33,000 nt of DNA from Dicyema japonicum (taxonomy: Eukaryota; Animalia; Dicyemida). Shown here in pieces: positions 9,847 through 20,929 of the stretch (position 1 is the stretch's first letter; each line of letters starts with the position of its first letter). The notes beneath the pieces were generated by a model, which was not told the DNA's origin, did not search any database, and was given only the letters and a program-made list of their open reading frames with translations. Both the position numbers and the translations under genes were made by a program. The stretch is from the NCBI GenBank assembly GCA_011109175.1, contig RDEW01000053.1, positions 288,662 to 321,661 of the forward strand, given 5' to 3'.

Positions 9847-10642
9847 CAGTCAGACCCCGAATTGGGGCACCAAGTGACCCAAAAACAAGGGTTTAATAAA
9901 ACAGAGATTTAAACATCAAAAAATCAATTTTATAAAAAATAATCAGTTAATTTATCCCCAGTTATCCTTTTACTTCTTACATTTTTCATAAAATTAAGTC
10001 GAAAATCGTAAAATTCTTTGAGCATTTCAGGAGATATGTAAAAAATTTTCTTCTCTAACTGATCAAGAGAATCTTGCGTTTCTCTTAGAATTGTTTCCAT
10101 GTTATCGTTTTCTAAACCTTCGTTGTAAATATTATCAACAAATTCGTCACTTTCCCATTCAATGTTTCGTTTACGGCATTGTTGAGCATTTCTTCTGTAA
10201 TGGTATCTTCAATTTTTACGTAATCACGAATCTTTCAATTTCCTCATCCTCATCCGTGTTTACAGTTCCTTGTTCAAGAAAAAATACAATTGTTTTTTTT
10301 ATTCGCGAAATCATGCCTTTACTAGTTCTGTATTTTTTAATTATCTGCTTTTCAGATAATTTTGTTCTTCAATATCAATTTAGCAATCGTTAATTTTGTT
10401 TCGTAGTTGATAACCATTCACAACAAAAATGTAAATAAACGTGTTAATTAAAATTATATATTTATTAATAAAATAAAATTTTATTTACTTATAATTTCAT
10501 TCCCACAAATTTATAGTGCCCCAAAATTTCCATATTTTTTATCGATTTTCCATTTTACTCTGCCAAAATGTTGGCCAAAAAAATTCCCCAAAATGCGGGG
10601 GTGCTCCACCCCTGGGGTCCGCCCCAATTCGGGGTCGGACTG
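9847..10642 (-). mobile_element. Non-autonomous pogo-like element (796 bp) with both TIRs and TA target duplication
   Basis: 22-bp TIRs CAGTCAGACCCCGAATTGGGGC (9847-9868) and GCCCCAATTCGGGGTCGGACTG (10621-10642) with one mismatch, flanked by TA at 9845-9846 and 10643-10644. Internal HTH-like remnant KLSEKQIIKKYRTSKGMISRIKK. Confidence 0.88.
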
Positions 10643-10689
10643 TAATTATAATTTTCGTTTTGGGCCTAAAACAAGCACTTTTTCAAAGT

Positions 10690-11640
10690 GACCTTGAGGA
10701 CCGAATTCTTCTGATTTAACACCACTTGTCCAAATCTTTTTGAGGGACGCTTTGAACAGATGAAAGCAAATTGCAGTCATAGTGGGATGGCCAAAAAGAG
10801 TGTGGATCACCTGGCTACACGATGTACCAGGATGCTAAATAATAACAGCCTTTTCACGAGAGCCATAATTTTTATAGCTCCGCATAGGCAGGACACACAC
10901 TTTATTTGAGTAAAGAACAGTTAATTTTAACTAATCGTAGAACCAAGGAATGATCTTCACTTCTTTTTTCTTGTGTGTGTGTCCTTTCTAGACAATCCAA
11001 TTCCGCAGTGAGTATCCACTGATGACGACGTCACTCGTCAAACCCTTTTGACCAGGATGTTAGCGGTGCGTATATGCGGCGACATAACGAAGTTGTATAT
11101 TGTATACACCTACAGCTATGTCGTCAATTTGGAATAAAAGAACCAAGAGGATAAAGACGCATACAGTCCGATCGATTGTGTCAAACAGTAAAGTTGAAAT
11201 GAGTCGATACAATACTACAAACGGATATACAAGTTAAAAACAACAAAACCTGATATTTTCGTACACTGATATTTCTGATTTTTTCGGATGCATCCAAGAA
11301 CGAAATAATACTAATAGAAGTAAGGATCACCTCCCAAGATTTGCTAAAACACTTGAAGTGGAAAAACTCCACAAATACAACCTTCTGGCAGGAGAACTAG
11401 CACAAATTCACAAAGCGATTGTTATGACATGGGATGGAATAGTAACAAAGTACTACAAGTCCTATATGGAAAGACTCAACGTGGATGTCTCTACTAGAGC
11501 GTACATCCAATCAATGACGATTAAAAAACTTTAGAGAACATGATAATCGAGCATAGACATGGGCTGAAAGTTGATGACTATGATGATGAGGTTACAAAAG
11601 TGACTAATCATATTTCAAGAGGCTCTGAACTCGGAAGTGA
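10690..11640 (+). mobile_element. RLE-type non-LTR retrotransposon C-terminus (R4/HERO-like), interrupted by a 213-bp insertion
   Basis: CCHC knuckle CSHSGMAKKSVDHLATRCTRML|..YMRRHNEVVYCIHL, then KPDIFV, IILIEVRITSQ..EKLHKYNLLAGEL, VMTWDGIVTKYYK and YIQSMTIKKTLE (PD-(D/E)xK endonuclease). Confidence 0.88.
10838..11050 (-). mobile_element. SINE-like short retroposon, copy 1 (213 bp)
   Basis: Flanked by the 12-bp duplication ACCAGGATG(C/T)TA (10826-10837, 11051-11062). In minus sense it carries AAATAAAGTGTG and ends in a TTATTATT tail. Homologous to 14818-14990 and 31482-31637. Confidence 0.75.
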
Positions 11641-11907
11641 CGTCGAAGAGATTCCACGAGAAACAGCTGTCTTGCCTAGTGATTTGCTTTCTCAATTGGT
11701 ATATCGACACTTATACAAAAGGTTTTTTATTGTTATTTCTTAGTACGGAATATGACTTCCAGTTTAACTTTGAGAGGGTACATTTGCAGTCTTCGTATTA
11801 TAAAGAAAGAATGGGAAGCTGGAAGTGGTTCATTCACAACGACAAAAAAATCAAAACCACTGGAAATAATAGTTAATTAGCATTTTGTAAAATTGTTAAC
11901 TTTGATA

Positions 11908-13215
11908 TACTTAGTTAGTTTGTTAATAGCACTCCCACGTGGCCATAAGCACGTAAAATGCCTAAGGTTTCGCTCGTGCCGTACACTCGACTATTTCCCA
12001 GTCAGCCCTCTCCATCTAGCTCTGTTCTTCGCGCGTTTACGAATATCCTCAAGATCGTCTCCAGTTTTGAGTTGACCGCCAATTCGTGCGTAATCGTTAT
12101 TCAGGCAGAGTACATCTTGGCTGACCCCGAAATCCAATTCCGTGATTTGAATAGTAATCTTCCATGATTTTATTGCAAGGAATCACTTCGTCCATTCTCA
12201 GAACATGTCCGAAAAGTACATCGGTGTAATTACTTCTCTGCTTATCGGTTTGCATTTACATAATTTGTAGAGATGTCGTTTTGATAATCTGTGGCTATTT
12301 GATTCCCGCAATTTTCTCAATTGATTTCTATGAAATGTGTCTAGTCTGTCAAGGTCCGTTTTTGATGTTCCCCATGTTCCCGAGTTATATAATAGGACTG
12401 GTTGTATGAACGCGTTATATAAGCGCATCCGAAGATTTAAGGAGATAGGTTTCTGAGGGTCCAAATACTCCACATCTTTTTCAGTGCACACGATGCCAAC
12501 ATCTTTCTACGAGCAATGTCCTCAGCATCACCCAAAAACGAGCCGAGCCTTTTAGTAAACCTCCATTTCTCATCAATCCGTGTCGATAACCGCTGAATCA
12601 AAGTTAACTTTTTTTCTGAATTGACCTTCAAAGACCACCTCTCCAGAACGTTGTGGCTTTATCTACTACAGTTCTTAGTACCTCCACATTCTCAGACACA
12701 AATCGATGTCATCAGCATTATTAATTCCACAAAATGATTATTTAAGTGACCCAATTCTTTTCTAACGTCCCTCAACGCAGCTTCCAAATAGATTGCAAAG
12801 AGAACTGGAGAAAGCGAGTCCCCTTGCGGAGTACCAATCCCGGTCGTGAATTTTTCCGAAAGCCCTACCCCACTTTACTATGAGGCCGTCTCAGCCAGCA
12901 AAAAACGCACAATCCTCAAACAGTCTCATCAATTATCTCCTTGAGAACTTGCAATAGTTTATCTCGCAGACACATCGAATGTTTTCGATAAGTCGACTCC
13001 CAGAATATACATTGTTTTTCTGTACTTCTGACATATTGCCGTAACCCACTGATGACTCCATACTATATCAGCCGTTGATCCTCCTGGTCTGAATCCGCTT
13101 TGAGTTTTTCCGGGTCTTCCTGGTTTATCCACAAATATTGTCATAGCTAGCAGCTCTGTTGTATACAGCCGAAGGAGTGCTCCGTGAATCTCGGAATTCG
13201 TAATCACATTATTAA
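11908..13215 (-). mobile_element. RTE-like non-LTR retrotransposon, RT to 3' end, decayed
   Basis: QSGFRPGGSTAD, GVDLSKTFD, GTPQGDSLSPVLFAIYLEAAL, NADD, LYNAFIQPVLLYNSGTW, FHRNQLRKL and FRGQPRCTLP..LKTGDDLEDIRKRAKNRARW; short CTAA-type tail. Confidence 0.88.
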
Positions 13216-13635
13216 GTGAGCGAGGCTGTCCTTCGAATTGCGTGAGGGATAAAGTGTTCTCTCGGTTGAACTGCTTACTAAAAGTGTGAGGCTATAAGTC
13301 CAGCAGAACGGTTAGCGTCCAATACAGAGTGACCAAACTCATCATAAATTTTTAATTTGGTTTTAGCTGACCCGCGCTTGAGTAAACGCACAGCCATAAA
13401 ACATTTTTGCACATGAATGTAATCTTTTCACTTCCACTCCTAGTTGGTCCAAAAAGTCCGACCATGATCAAAGCACATTCTTCTTAATTTCGTGTTGGAT
13501 TGTATTCGCAATTTTTTAAATTCGGATTTTTCGTTCAGGATCACAAGTTTCAATTTGAAGTCTTATATTTGGTTGAAGGATAGACAATTCATTGACTGTC
13601 GAGTTATATGATTTTTATATCTTACTTTCATAGTA

Positions 13636-14010
13636 AAGTAAACCCTCATTAATCCGAACTTCAATAATCCGAATTTTTTGATGAGTCATCAAAATTTTAC
13701 GAAGATTCCATACAACAGGCTTCAATAAACCGAAACTTCCGCAATCCGAAAGACATTTATTTAAAATTTCGGATTAATTTATTTTGTTTTATTGTACATT
13801 TAAATTAATTTAAAATTTAAACAGTACCCACATGGTTAGAAAAAGGACTGAAATTTCTATTGCTCAGAAAAGAAAGATTTATGGAATAAAAAATACACCA
13901 AAAATGACTTTCAGAGAATTATCCCATATCTGTGAAATAAAAATGAACCTTTATTTGGGAATTTCAACACTTTCATAAATTCTTAAAATTCGTGAAAAAT
14001 GGGAAAACTG
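13636..14010 (+). mobile_element. pogo/Tigger-like transposon 5' end (copy B)
   Basis: TA followed by (A)AGTAAACCCTCATTAATCCG; N-terminal HTH MVRKRTEISIAQKRKIYGIKNTPKMTFRELSHICEIKMNLYLGISTL. Homologous to 4865-5498. Confidence 0.8.
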
Positions 14011-14019
14011 TGAAACTAT

Positions 14020-14760
14020 GATCAACAAGTTCCACTGAGCTATCCGAAAATTTATTCTTCTTAATTTTCTCTAATCTGCGTATTTCTTGCGTGATCATCA
14101 TAATTTCTAGTTCCATGAGCATAAGGTCATCGGGATCAGGACATAGACGTAGTTCGTTTTTTAAACATTGTTTCCTTTTCAAAAAAAAACTATAAAATTT
14201 TTTTGTTGTCAAAGGAGAATTCTTGTAACCGAATAGACTTTATTCGACTATATGTTTCGCGGTACGATTTAAAAAAACAATTAAAGTCACTAGAACTCTC
14301 AAGATCCGACTTGAAAACTTGGATTACAAAAATTCTTAAAACGTTCCAAATATATAACAATGCATTTTCGATGGTGGTCCCAGTGTATACTTGTCAGATC
14401 ATAGCGTACTAGAGTAGGATTGAACTCTAAAGGAGTTTGGTTGATTTTATAAAAATGGTAAATGATCACTACCAATCTCACCTAGCGTAACCATAAATTG
14501 ATGAACAAATTCCGATATTAACGCCATTCCCAATAATCCGAGACACTCGGAGAATAGTGATTCGGGGTCGATGACATCATAACAGAAAACCCAAAAGACA
14601 CCAGACATGTCCTTCAAAACAAAACCATCTCTGTTCGTCCCCAAACAACCAAACGAGTATCTCTCGAGTTTAAGCTCCCAAAAAGGATCGAGAACGGTGC
14701 ATTTCATCATGAAAAAAATTTTCGATAAGATGAGGATACGAAAATGCGAAATTTTTAGGT
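14020..14760 (-). mobile_element. LINE AP-endonuclease C-terminal half plus linker, decayed
   Basis: Frameshifted LFGSLNSRDTRL/GCLGTNRDGFVLKD (GDxN motif), IGSDHLP, and a helical linker LKRKQCLKNELR..ITQEIRRLEK. Confidence 0.7.
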
Positions 14761-14817
14761 CAAAATTTTGCATTTATAAAGTCAAAAAAATCGCCCTAAT
14801 CATAACAAAATAAGATT

Positions 14818-14990
14818 GGGGTTGACGAGTGACGCGGTTATCAGTGAGCGCATCATCTCTGCGGAGCTGAATTGTCTTCTGGATTCACAAACAATAAAAA
14901 AAGTAAAGAAAATTTTCAATGTCTTAGATATGTCTTGGATTAATTAACATTACTGCTCTTACTTTTAAAATAAAGTGTGACTTCTGCTTA
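14818..14990 (+). mobile_element. SINE-like short retroposon, copy 2
   Basis: GGGTTGACGAGTGACGC..TCAGTG..CTGCGGA..GAATTGTCT ... AAAATAAAGTGTGA aligns with the reverse complement of 10838-11050. Confidence 0.65.
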
Positions 14991-16179
14991 AGGTGAGGTT
15001 TAAGTAATAGAAAAATTACATACTCGTTCCGTAAAATAAAATTGTATAATTTCAATAAAATGAGTTTATGATAACATTCAATTTTAGATGAATTTGTCAT
15101 CGGCTTCATAAAATTATTCTTACCAGTCTTATTATGAAATGCCAATTACAATCAAAATAAATAACTTGATCTACCAAATTTTTCTTAAATTCTCAGACAA
15201 ATTTTACAACATCTCAATAAAAATAGAATTAAATTCTAGTATTTAATAGTTAACACTCAAAGATAATAAAGCCTACACAATACAACAATCTTCCAAATAT
15301 TAAACATGGAGATTATTACTGGAAATTTGAGAATGGTCATATCTCACATTGTATTTATTTTGGTGATAGAATATTACACTAAAAAATCATATCCATATTT
15401 TATTGGAAATTGTTTGATATAATTTAATTCAGCACATGACTGTGATCTATCTAACGAACCAAAAGTTCGATATTGGTATTTTATTGCGGAAAATCGACTG
15501 AAAGGAGTATTAAGTGGAAAATTTAGAATTACATTTTTTATAATTACACTGTTAAAATAGTAAATTGTATATTTGGCAAAATATGGCAAAATATGATACC
15601 AATGGAATATATTCCTGTTCTTTAACTGCTATTAATTTTCTCGTTGTTTTTTTTTATCATAAAAACTCCCAAGCACATTCATAATAATTTCGTTAATTTT
15701 CCTAATCCAGATAGCTCTTTTCTTGTTTTCTCTCTTAAGTAGTCCAGGTTTTATGAATTTTCAACTTTTTTTTCGATATCGTGATTATGGGATACGCCCA
15801 TAAAGGATCACAGTTTTTCTATTCTCTCTGGAAAAATATGATTCGCAATGTGGCATCTGCATACACCTTTTTGCAGTCAGAATTATAAGATTCCCCATTG
15901 AATGTAAAGGAGGCATCGTTAGTATTCGAGAACTTTAAATAACCAGATACAACAGTCTGTGACCAGAATTTATAAGCAACCGCTGTCGCCGAGACGAATG
16001 AAGTCATAGGGGCTCAGAAAATCTCATTTAAGATCGCTTAGGTAAATGATATCTATATTGAGCAACCTTTTATAATAATTGTAACAATCGATTTTTGCCT
16101 AAAATTGACCTAGAATTTATCAGCGACGAGCGATCTGATTCTGTCTAGTAGAATCATTGACCTGCTTCTTTTAAATTTT

Positions 16180-18230
16180 TACGTTTCCACGGCTACTAGT
16201 CAAAAATGAACTGTCCACCGAGACATACGTATTTCTTCACCTTTAAGTTTCAGCCTTCTCCGAAGCTGAGCCTAGGTTAGTTGCTGTCATAACAAGATTG
16301 GAAGGCTAGGCTTAGAGAGCCATAGTTCAAGCATGTCAAGCATTTGTTGAGCGGACTGAGTCGCTGATTGAATGCTTCTGTCCTTGGAAGCAAGAATGAT
16401 ATCGTGGGCATAGGAGAGGATTAGGCAGTTTTTCATTACAGGTTTGTGGCATGTCGTTTATGTTAGATTGAAAAAGGCTGGCGATAGTGGAGATCCTTGA
16501 GGGATTTCATTTGGTATGAGACGGGATTTTGACTTTATGTTATTGCAAATCACTTGTCCACGTCTCCCCCTTAAGAAGTTGGCAATCCATAGTTTTATGT
16601 TTTGTTGGATGCATGTATCGTATATTTTCTCAGTAAGGAGTTTTCTTAAGACTGTGTCAAAAGCCTTTGTTATATCAACAAAGACCAAGACTGTTTGTTG
16701 GTGTGGTTTAGTGGAATTGAATCCATCCGCAATAAACTGGCACAGGGACATTAGGTAAGTTGCTGTGGAGTGTTTAGCTCGGAATCTATTTTTGAAAAGA
16801 GAGAGCGGGATGTAGTCTTTGATATTTTCAAAACTAATCTCTTAAGTATTCGGGAAAGTGAACATAGAATCGAGATTGGTCTGTAGAAGAGTCAATTTCG
16901 GATTTTCCTGCTTCAAGATCGGTTTGATGTATGATCTTTTCTTACATCCGGAATAGTGTTCATATTATTGACATTGTGAATATGTAAGCAATTAAGTCTA
17001 AAGCAAGAGGTCGTAGATGCTTTAGTTCCGTGTAGAAATATTGTCTGGACCTCGGGCTTTGGAGTTTAGGGCCTTTGATATGCACTGGACGTCCTTCACC
17101 GTAAATGTAATCCACACGTATGACCATTTCGGTTTTATTTGTTTAAGAGTACTTGGTGTTCTTTGGAGTGGTTTTTATGTGTTTTGAAAGCATAGTATTT
17201 CATTAAGGTGTTTGGTTGTAATGATATCCTATTTTGCAGTTCATCAAAAAACTCTTTGATTGATTTGATTTTGTTCCAGACCTTCTGTACTGACGGATTT
17301 TCTAGTAGGGCTTTTGATCGTTTTGTCAGCGTTTCTCGTTTGTATTACTGATATATTTGTTAATCTTTGTTTAATGTACGAATTCTTATTATATACCCCC
17401 TCGACGGTATGTTATTATTCTTTAAATAGTTTCTTTCTTTGACTAAATGTATGGCTGTTGAATTGAATCTCCTGTTTGTCGGTTGTCTTCTCATTGTATA
17501 AATATATTTTCTAGCTTCTTGAATGAACGAAGAGAACTGCTTTATAATGTTTTTAGATATGAGGCAGCATGTAGTTTTGATAACTCTATGTCAATATAGC
17601 TCGCAAATCTTGGCCAGTCAGCGAGGATATCATTTTGTCTTGAGGGGTTCTTGTGTAAAAGTTAGGGTCGTTTAGGATACAAAAAGGTTCCTAAGTCTTC
17701 GATTAGCATGTCCCCCGCCTGTTTGACGTCTGACCTCTCAGCCAGAGCGGGTGTTTTGTATTTAGGTCACGCAAAGAAGAACGTTCTTTAGTGAGCTGAT
17801 CGACGAAAGTTTTGGGCAATGGCTGATGATGAATGAGATAGATATGAATTGATCAGAGTAAGACGTAACCTTAAGAGTTGGATTTTTGTGGCCAGAATTT
17901 CGATACTTTCATGGTTTTGGAGGCGGTTGTAGACGTATTTGGTGATATCTTCATAAGGGATCCCGTTTCGTATGATACTTAGTAAGCCTCCCCCAAGTTT
18001 TCCACATCTATCTCTGCGAATAAATGAAAATCCTGAAAATTTTGGAGTTGTGTTCGCACTTCTAAGTTTGGATTCTTGTGATAGAAGGACGTCAATTCGA
18101 TATTTTACCATATGGTCTCTGAGTTCGATAATCTTACATTTGATCCCGTTTATATTTATTGCATGATCTTTAGGAGTTCGATTTGACGTTCCCACACATA
18201 GACAGTCCATCCTTTTATGATAGGGGTAGT
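16180..18230 (-). mobile_element. Jockey/I-like LINE ORF2 (APE + RT), largest remnant, decayed
   Basis: APE: NINGIKCKIIEL..IDVLLSQESKL..FIRRDR..GGGLL (ORF 17788-18210). RT: FVDITKAFDTV..PQGSPLSPAFFN (ORF 16458-16751) and SYAHDIILAS. Multiple stops. Confidence 0.9.
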
Positions 18231-18399
18231 TTAACTCTTTTTTAAATGTCTCCAGTATGTTGAGTTACGTGACATTCAAACAACCACAAAACAGAAAAAA
18301 GTTTAAAAAAGGGAGACATAATATGAAATTAATTAGACATTTAGTGGAATAGCAGTCCGACCAATTAACAAATTGAATTACTTGTCCTAAACATAAAAT

Positions 18400-18720
18400 T
18401 AGTTAAGTTTCTCTTGTGCCGTATTCCGAATCATCCTCTCCGTCAGCTCCGACCATGATCTTCCGTTCCGTCCTAGTTCTCTAGGTAGTCCAGGTGTCCG
18501 CCATTTCCATTATAATGCAGATCCTGATGGACTGAAAATCCGAAACCATAATGTCAGCAGACTGGTGAGAGGATAAAAAGGTGGAATCTGCCGAATATTT
18601 ATGTTCATTGTACTGTCTTTTTTGTCTCTTGTAGACAGCAGACAGGTATGTCATATTTTGTTAGATCGCATGCCAGTTGTTGTTTCTTGTAAGGTTGTTT
18701 GAGTCCTCTATTAAAAAATC
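18400..18720 (-). mobile_element. RTE-like LINE remnant (APE N-terminus)
   Basis: KKQQLACDLTKYDIPVCCLQETK..HYGFGF at ~18530-18690. The adjoining 18400-18520 may be a 3' end joined by internal deletion (weak). Confidence 0.5.
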
Positions 18721-19619
18721 CCAGAGTGAACGGAGAAGTCGGTAAGGAATACGAATAAAACATAGTGCAATAGAGGTTATGACTTTTTAAAAGTTAATAT
18801 AATAATATAAATTACGTAAGAGTAGACATAGTTATGACTTTTTAATTCACCTTAGACTGAAAAAGTAATAAATATCAAAACCTCAACAGCCAACATAAGT
18901 ATGAGAAGCTGTGGATTGGATAAATGAGTTTTCTCCATTCCCCATAAAAAAAGTTGAGGATTTCTCAATGGGGTTCCATTATTGTATGATAATGGACTAC
19001 CTCTACTTATTAAATGTTAAAAAAGTAGAAACTTATTAAATATTCTAGAAATTCTCTGTCCTAAAAAAACACCTTGAGTATGAATTTTTACGGAATCTTA
19101 AAGAACTACAAAGCATGTTCGTCAAACTACAAGGTTAACTGATTCCAGATCACGTGCTAGGTAATTCCCATAGAGAAACTGACCAAATCGAGATCCCGAG
19201 ACAACTACGAGTTCGTCCCGTTGTTCTACAAGTTTTTCATTGCCAATTACGACGTGTCCACTCGTAAGAAGACGGAGGAAAGACACATGAAAATTTTCTC
19301 CCATTCCGCCAAAGACATCTCGCGTGGTGCCAGTCTATTCGACTTTTTGTATAGCTTCCCCCAACGTTTCACGCATATGTTTTTGATACATTTGCTAATT
19401 TTCTTGTTAAGAGTATGAATTCTGGAGCTATCAACATTTTCGGGTGAGAGTTTCCCTTTCAGCCTACTTTCTTTCATCATTTGTTTTATTTTTGTGCCAA
19501 AGTGTCCCGAAGAGGGGGAAATACTAACCATTAAGATGAATATTTTTTTGCCACAAAGATAATTTCGTTGAAAAAAAGTTATGACTAGCTATAAGTTTTA
19601 TCACTCTAAGATGACCGCT

Positions 19620-20230
19620 CTCAAAAACATTACCACTGACGATTTGTAAAGAAATGAGCTAAGTAAACGAGCTCATTTGTCTCTTACCTTCTACTTCCTC
19701 GCAATAAACGATCAAAGCGGTTTATCAGGGTTAGTTATCCGCTTCAATGACTTCTCATGTTTTCACAGCGACCGGTGCAAAAATTAACTGCCCACCAATA
19801 CATTCGGGTTTAGGCCCTTTTCGAGGCTGATCCTGGGTGAATTGCTGTCAGTGCAATCCACACAAATCGGTCCCAGGTGAAATATCGACAGTTTTTTCTA
19901 TGTCAAGAGAGTTGCCTCGTCATGTCTTTTGTTGGCTGAAACCAGTCCGAGACGCTCCAAATCAACTAGAATTTAATAATTTCTTGTCACAATAACTCCG
20001 TTGATGGTTCTATGCTTAGACTCCTTCCAGCACTCCTTCGGCAGGAGGTGCGTGAAGATCTTGATCAGATCTATCTACAGCAACTAGTCAAGCAAACATT
20101 TACACAAAACCTTATTATCGTGGAGTCGTCATCCAATAGAGCCCCACAGAGGTACATGGAAGGCTCTGAACCATGAATCAATTTCGTTAGTCGATGCAGA
20201 AGTTTATTATGCCAGATGATATAAGTTTTA
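19620..20230 (-). mobile_element. CRE-clade C-terminal fragment, decayed
   Basis: WFRAF/PCTSVGALLDDDS, SCRRSAGR and IFAPVAVKT, read across frameshifts. Confidence 0.7.
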
Positions 20231-20389
20231 TCTTATGAATGGTTTAAACTGTTATCCCAGTATTTTTTGTGAACTCAAGAAGGTCAGATTATAATCTGGC
20301 ATCATTAAGTATTAGACATACCAGGTAGATAATATAATTTTTTTACCCCCAGGACTTTCAAGTAAAAAAACTGATGGATAACAAGAACT

Positions 20390-20740
20390 TCACAGCAAAG
20401 AGTGGACGCTCACAAGATCCGACAGTTGTATAAGGTTCTGTGCCGGACAAGTGAAGAGGTGGCCATATTCTTGCCGTCAAAAAGGCAGGATAGGCAAATT
20501 GGAGAGAACGATAATTTGATTCTGTTCAGAAATAAATATAAATCCATGTGGTGACCAAAATGTAGGAGTGTAAAGTGGACAAGAATTTCTTGCGCTAAGG
20601 AAACTTCGTTTCCGTTTTTATTCGGCGAATGGTGTCTCAGAAGGTTATTGGTACCAATACGTCTGATTGCTTTGGTGGATCCAGTCATGAATTGATTTCT
20701 GGCGTTATTAGAAGGGCCAGTCACTTGATGGTTCGTAGAA
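20390..20740 (-). mobile_element. LINE ORF2 C-terminal Zn-finger region (I/Jockey-like)
   Basis: TLLHFGHHMDLYLFLNRIKLSFSPICLSC resembles the LINE RTGHxxLxxxLxRxxxxxSPxCxxC motif. Confidence 0.55.
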
Positions 20741-20929
20741 TCTGTATTTGATCACGGAAAATATGAAAATTTTTTTTTGTTAAAAAAAACCAAAGAAAGT
20801 GAGCTGGATGAGCTAAAATAATGTTAAGTTATATTCTTCCGAATAAATAATATTTTTATATTTATGCTGGCGAACCAAAAAATATAAAAAATATCGCACC
20901 ATAACTTTAATTTGTTTTTGTGTATATCT

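Noticed and set aside
11019-11044. CTGATGA..stem..AAAC as a hammerhead ribozyme in the SINE-like insert
   Set aside because: It lacks the required GAAA, and the second copy reads CTGATAA.
15100-16080. Protein-like stretches on both strands (for example ORF 15819-16007)
   Set aside because: I could not build an in-frame micro-intron model or recognise a domain.
19130-19530. ORF 19247-19531 as a gene
   Set aside because: Looks at best like a LINE APE-RT linker remnant; no domain or splice model supports it.
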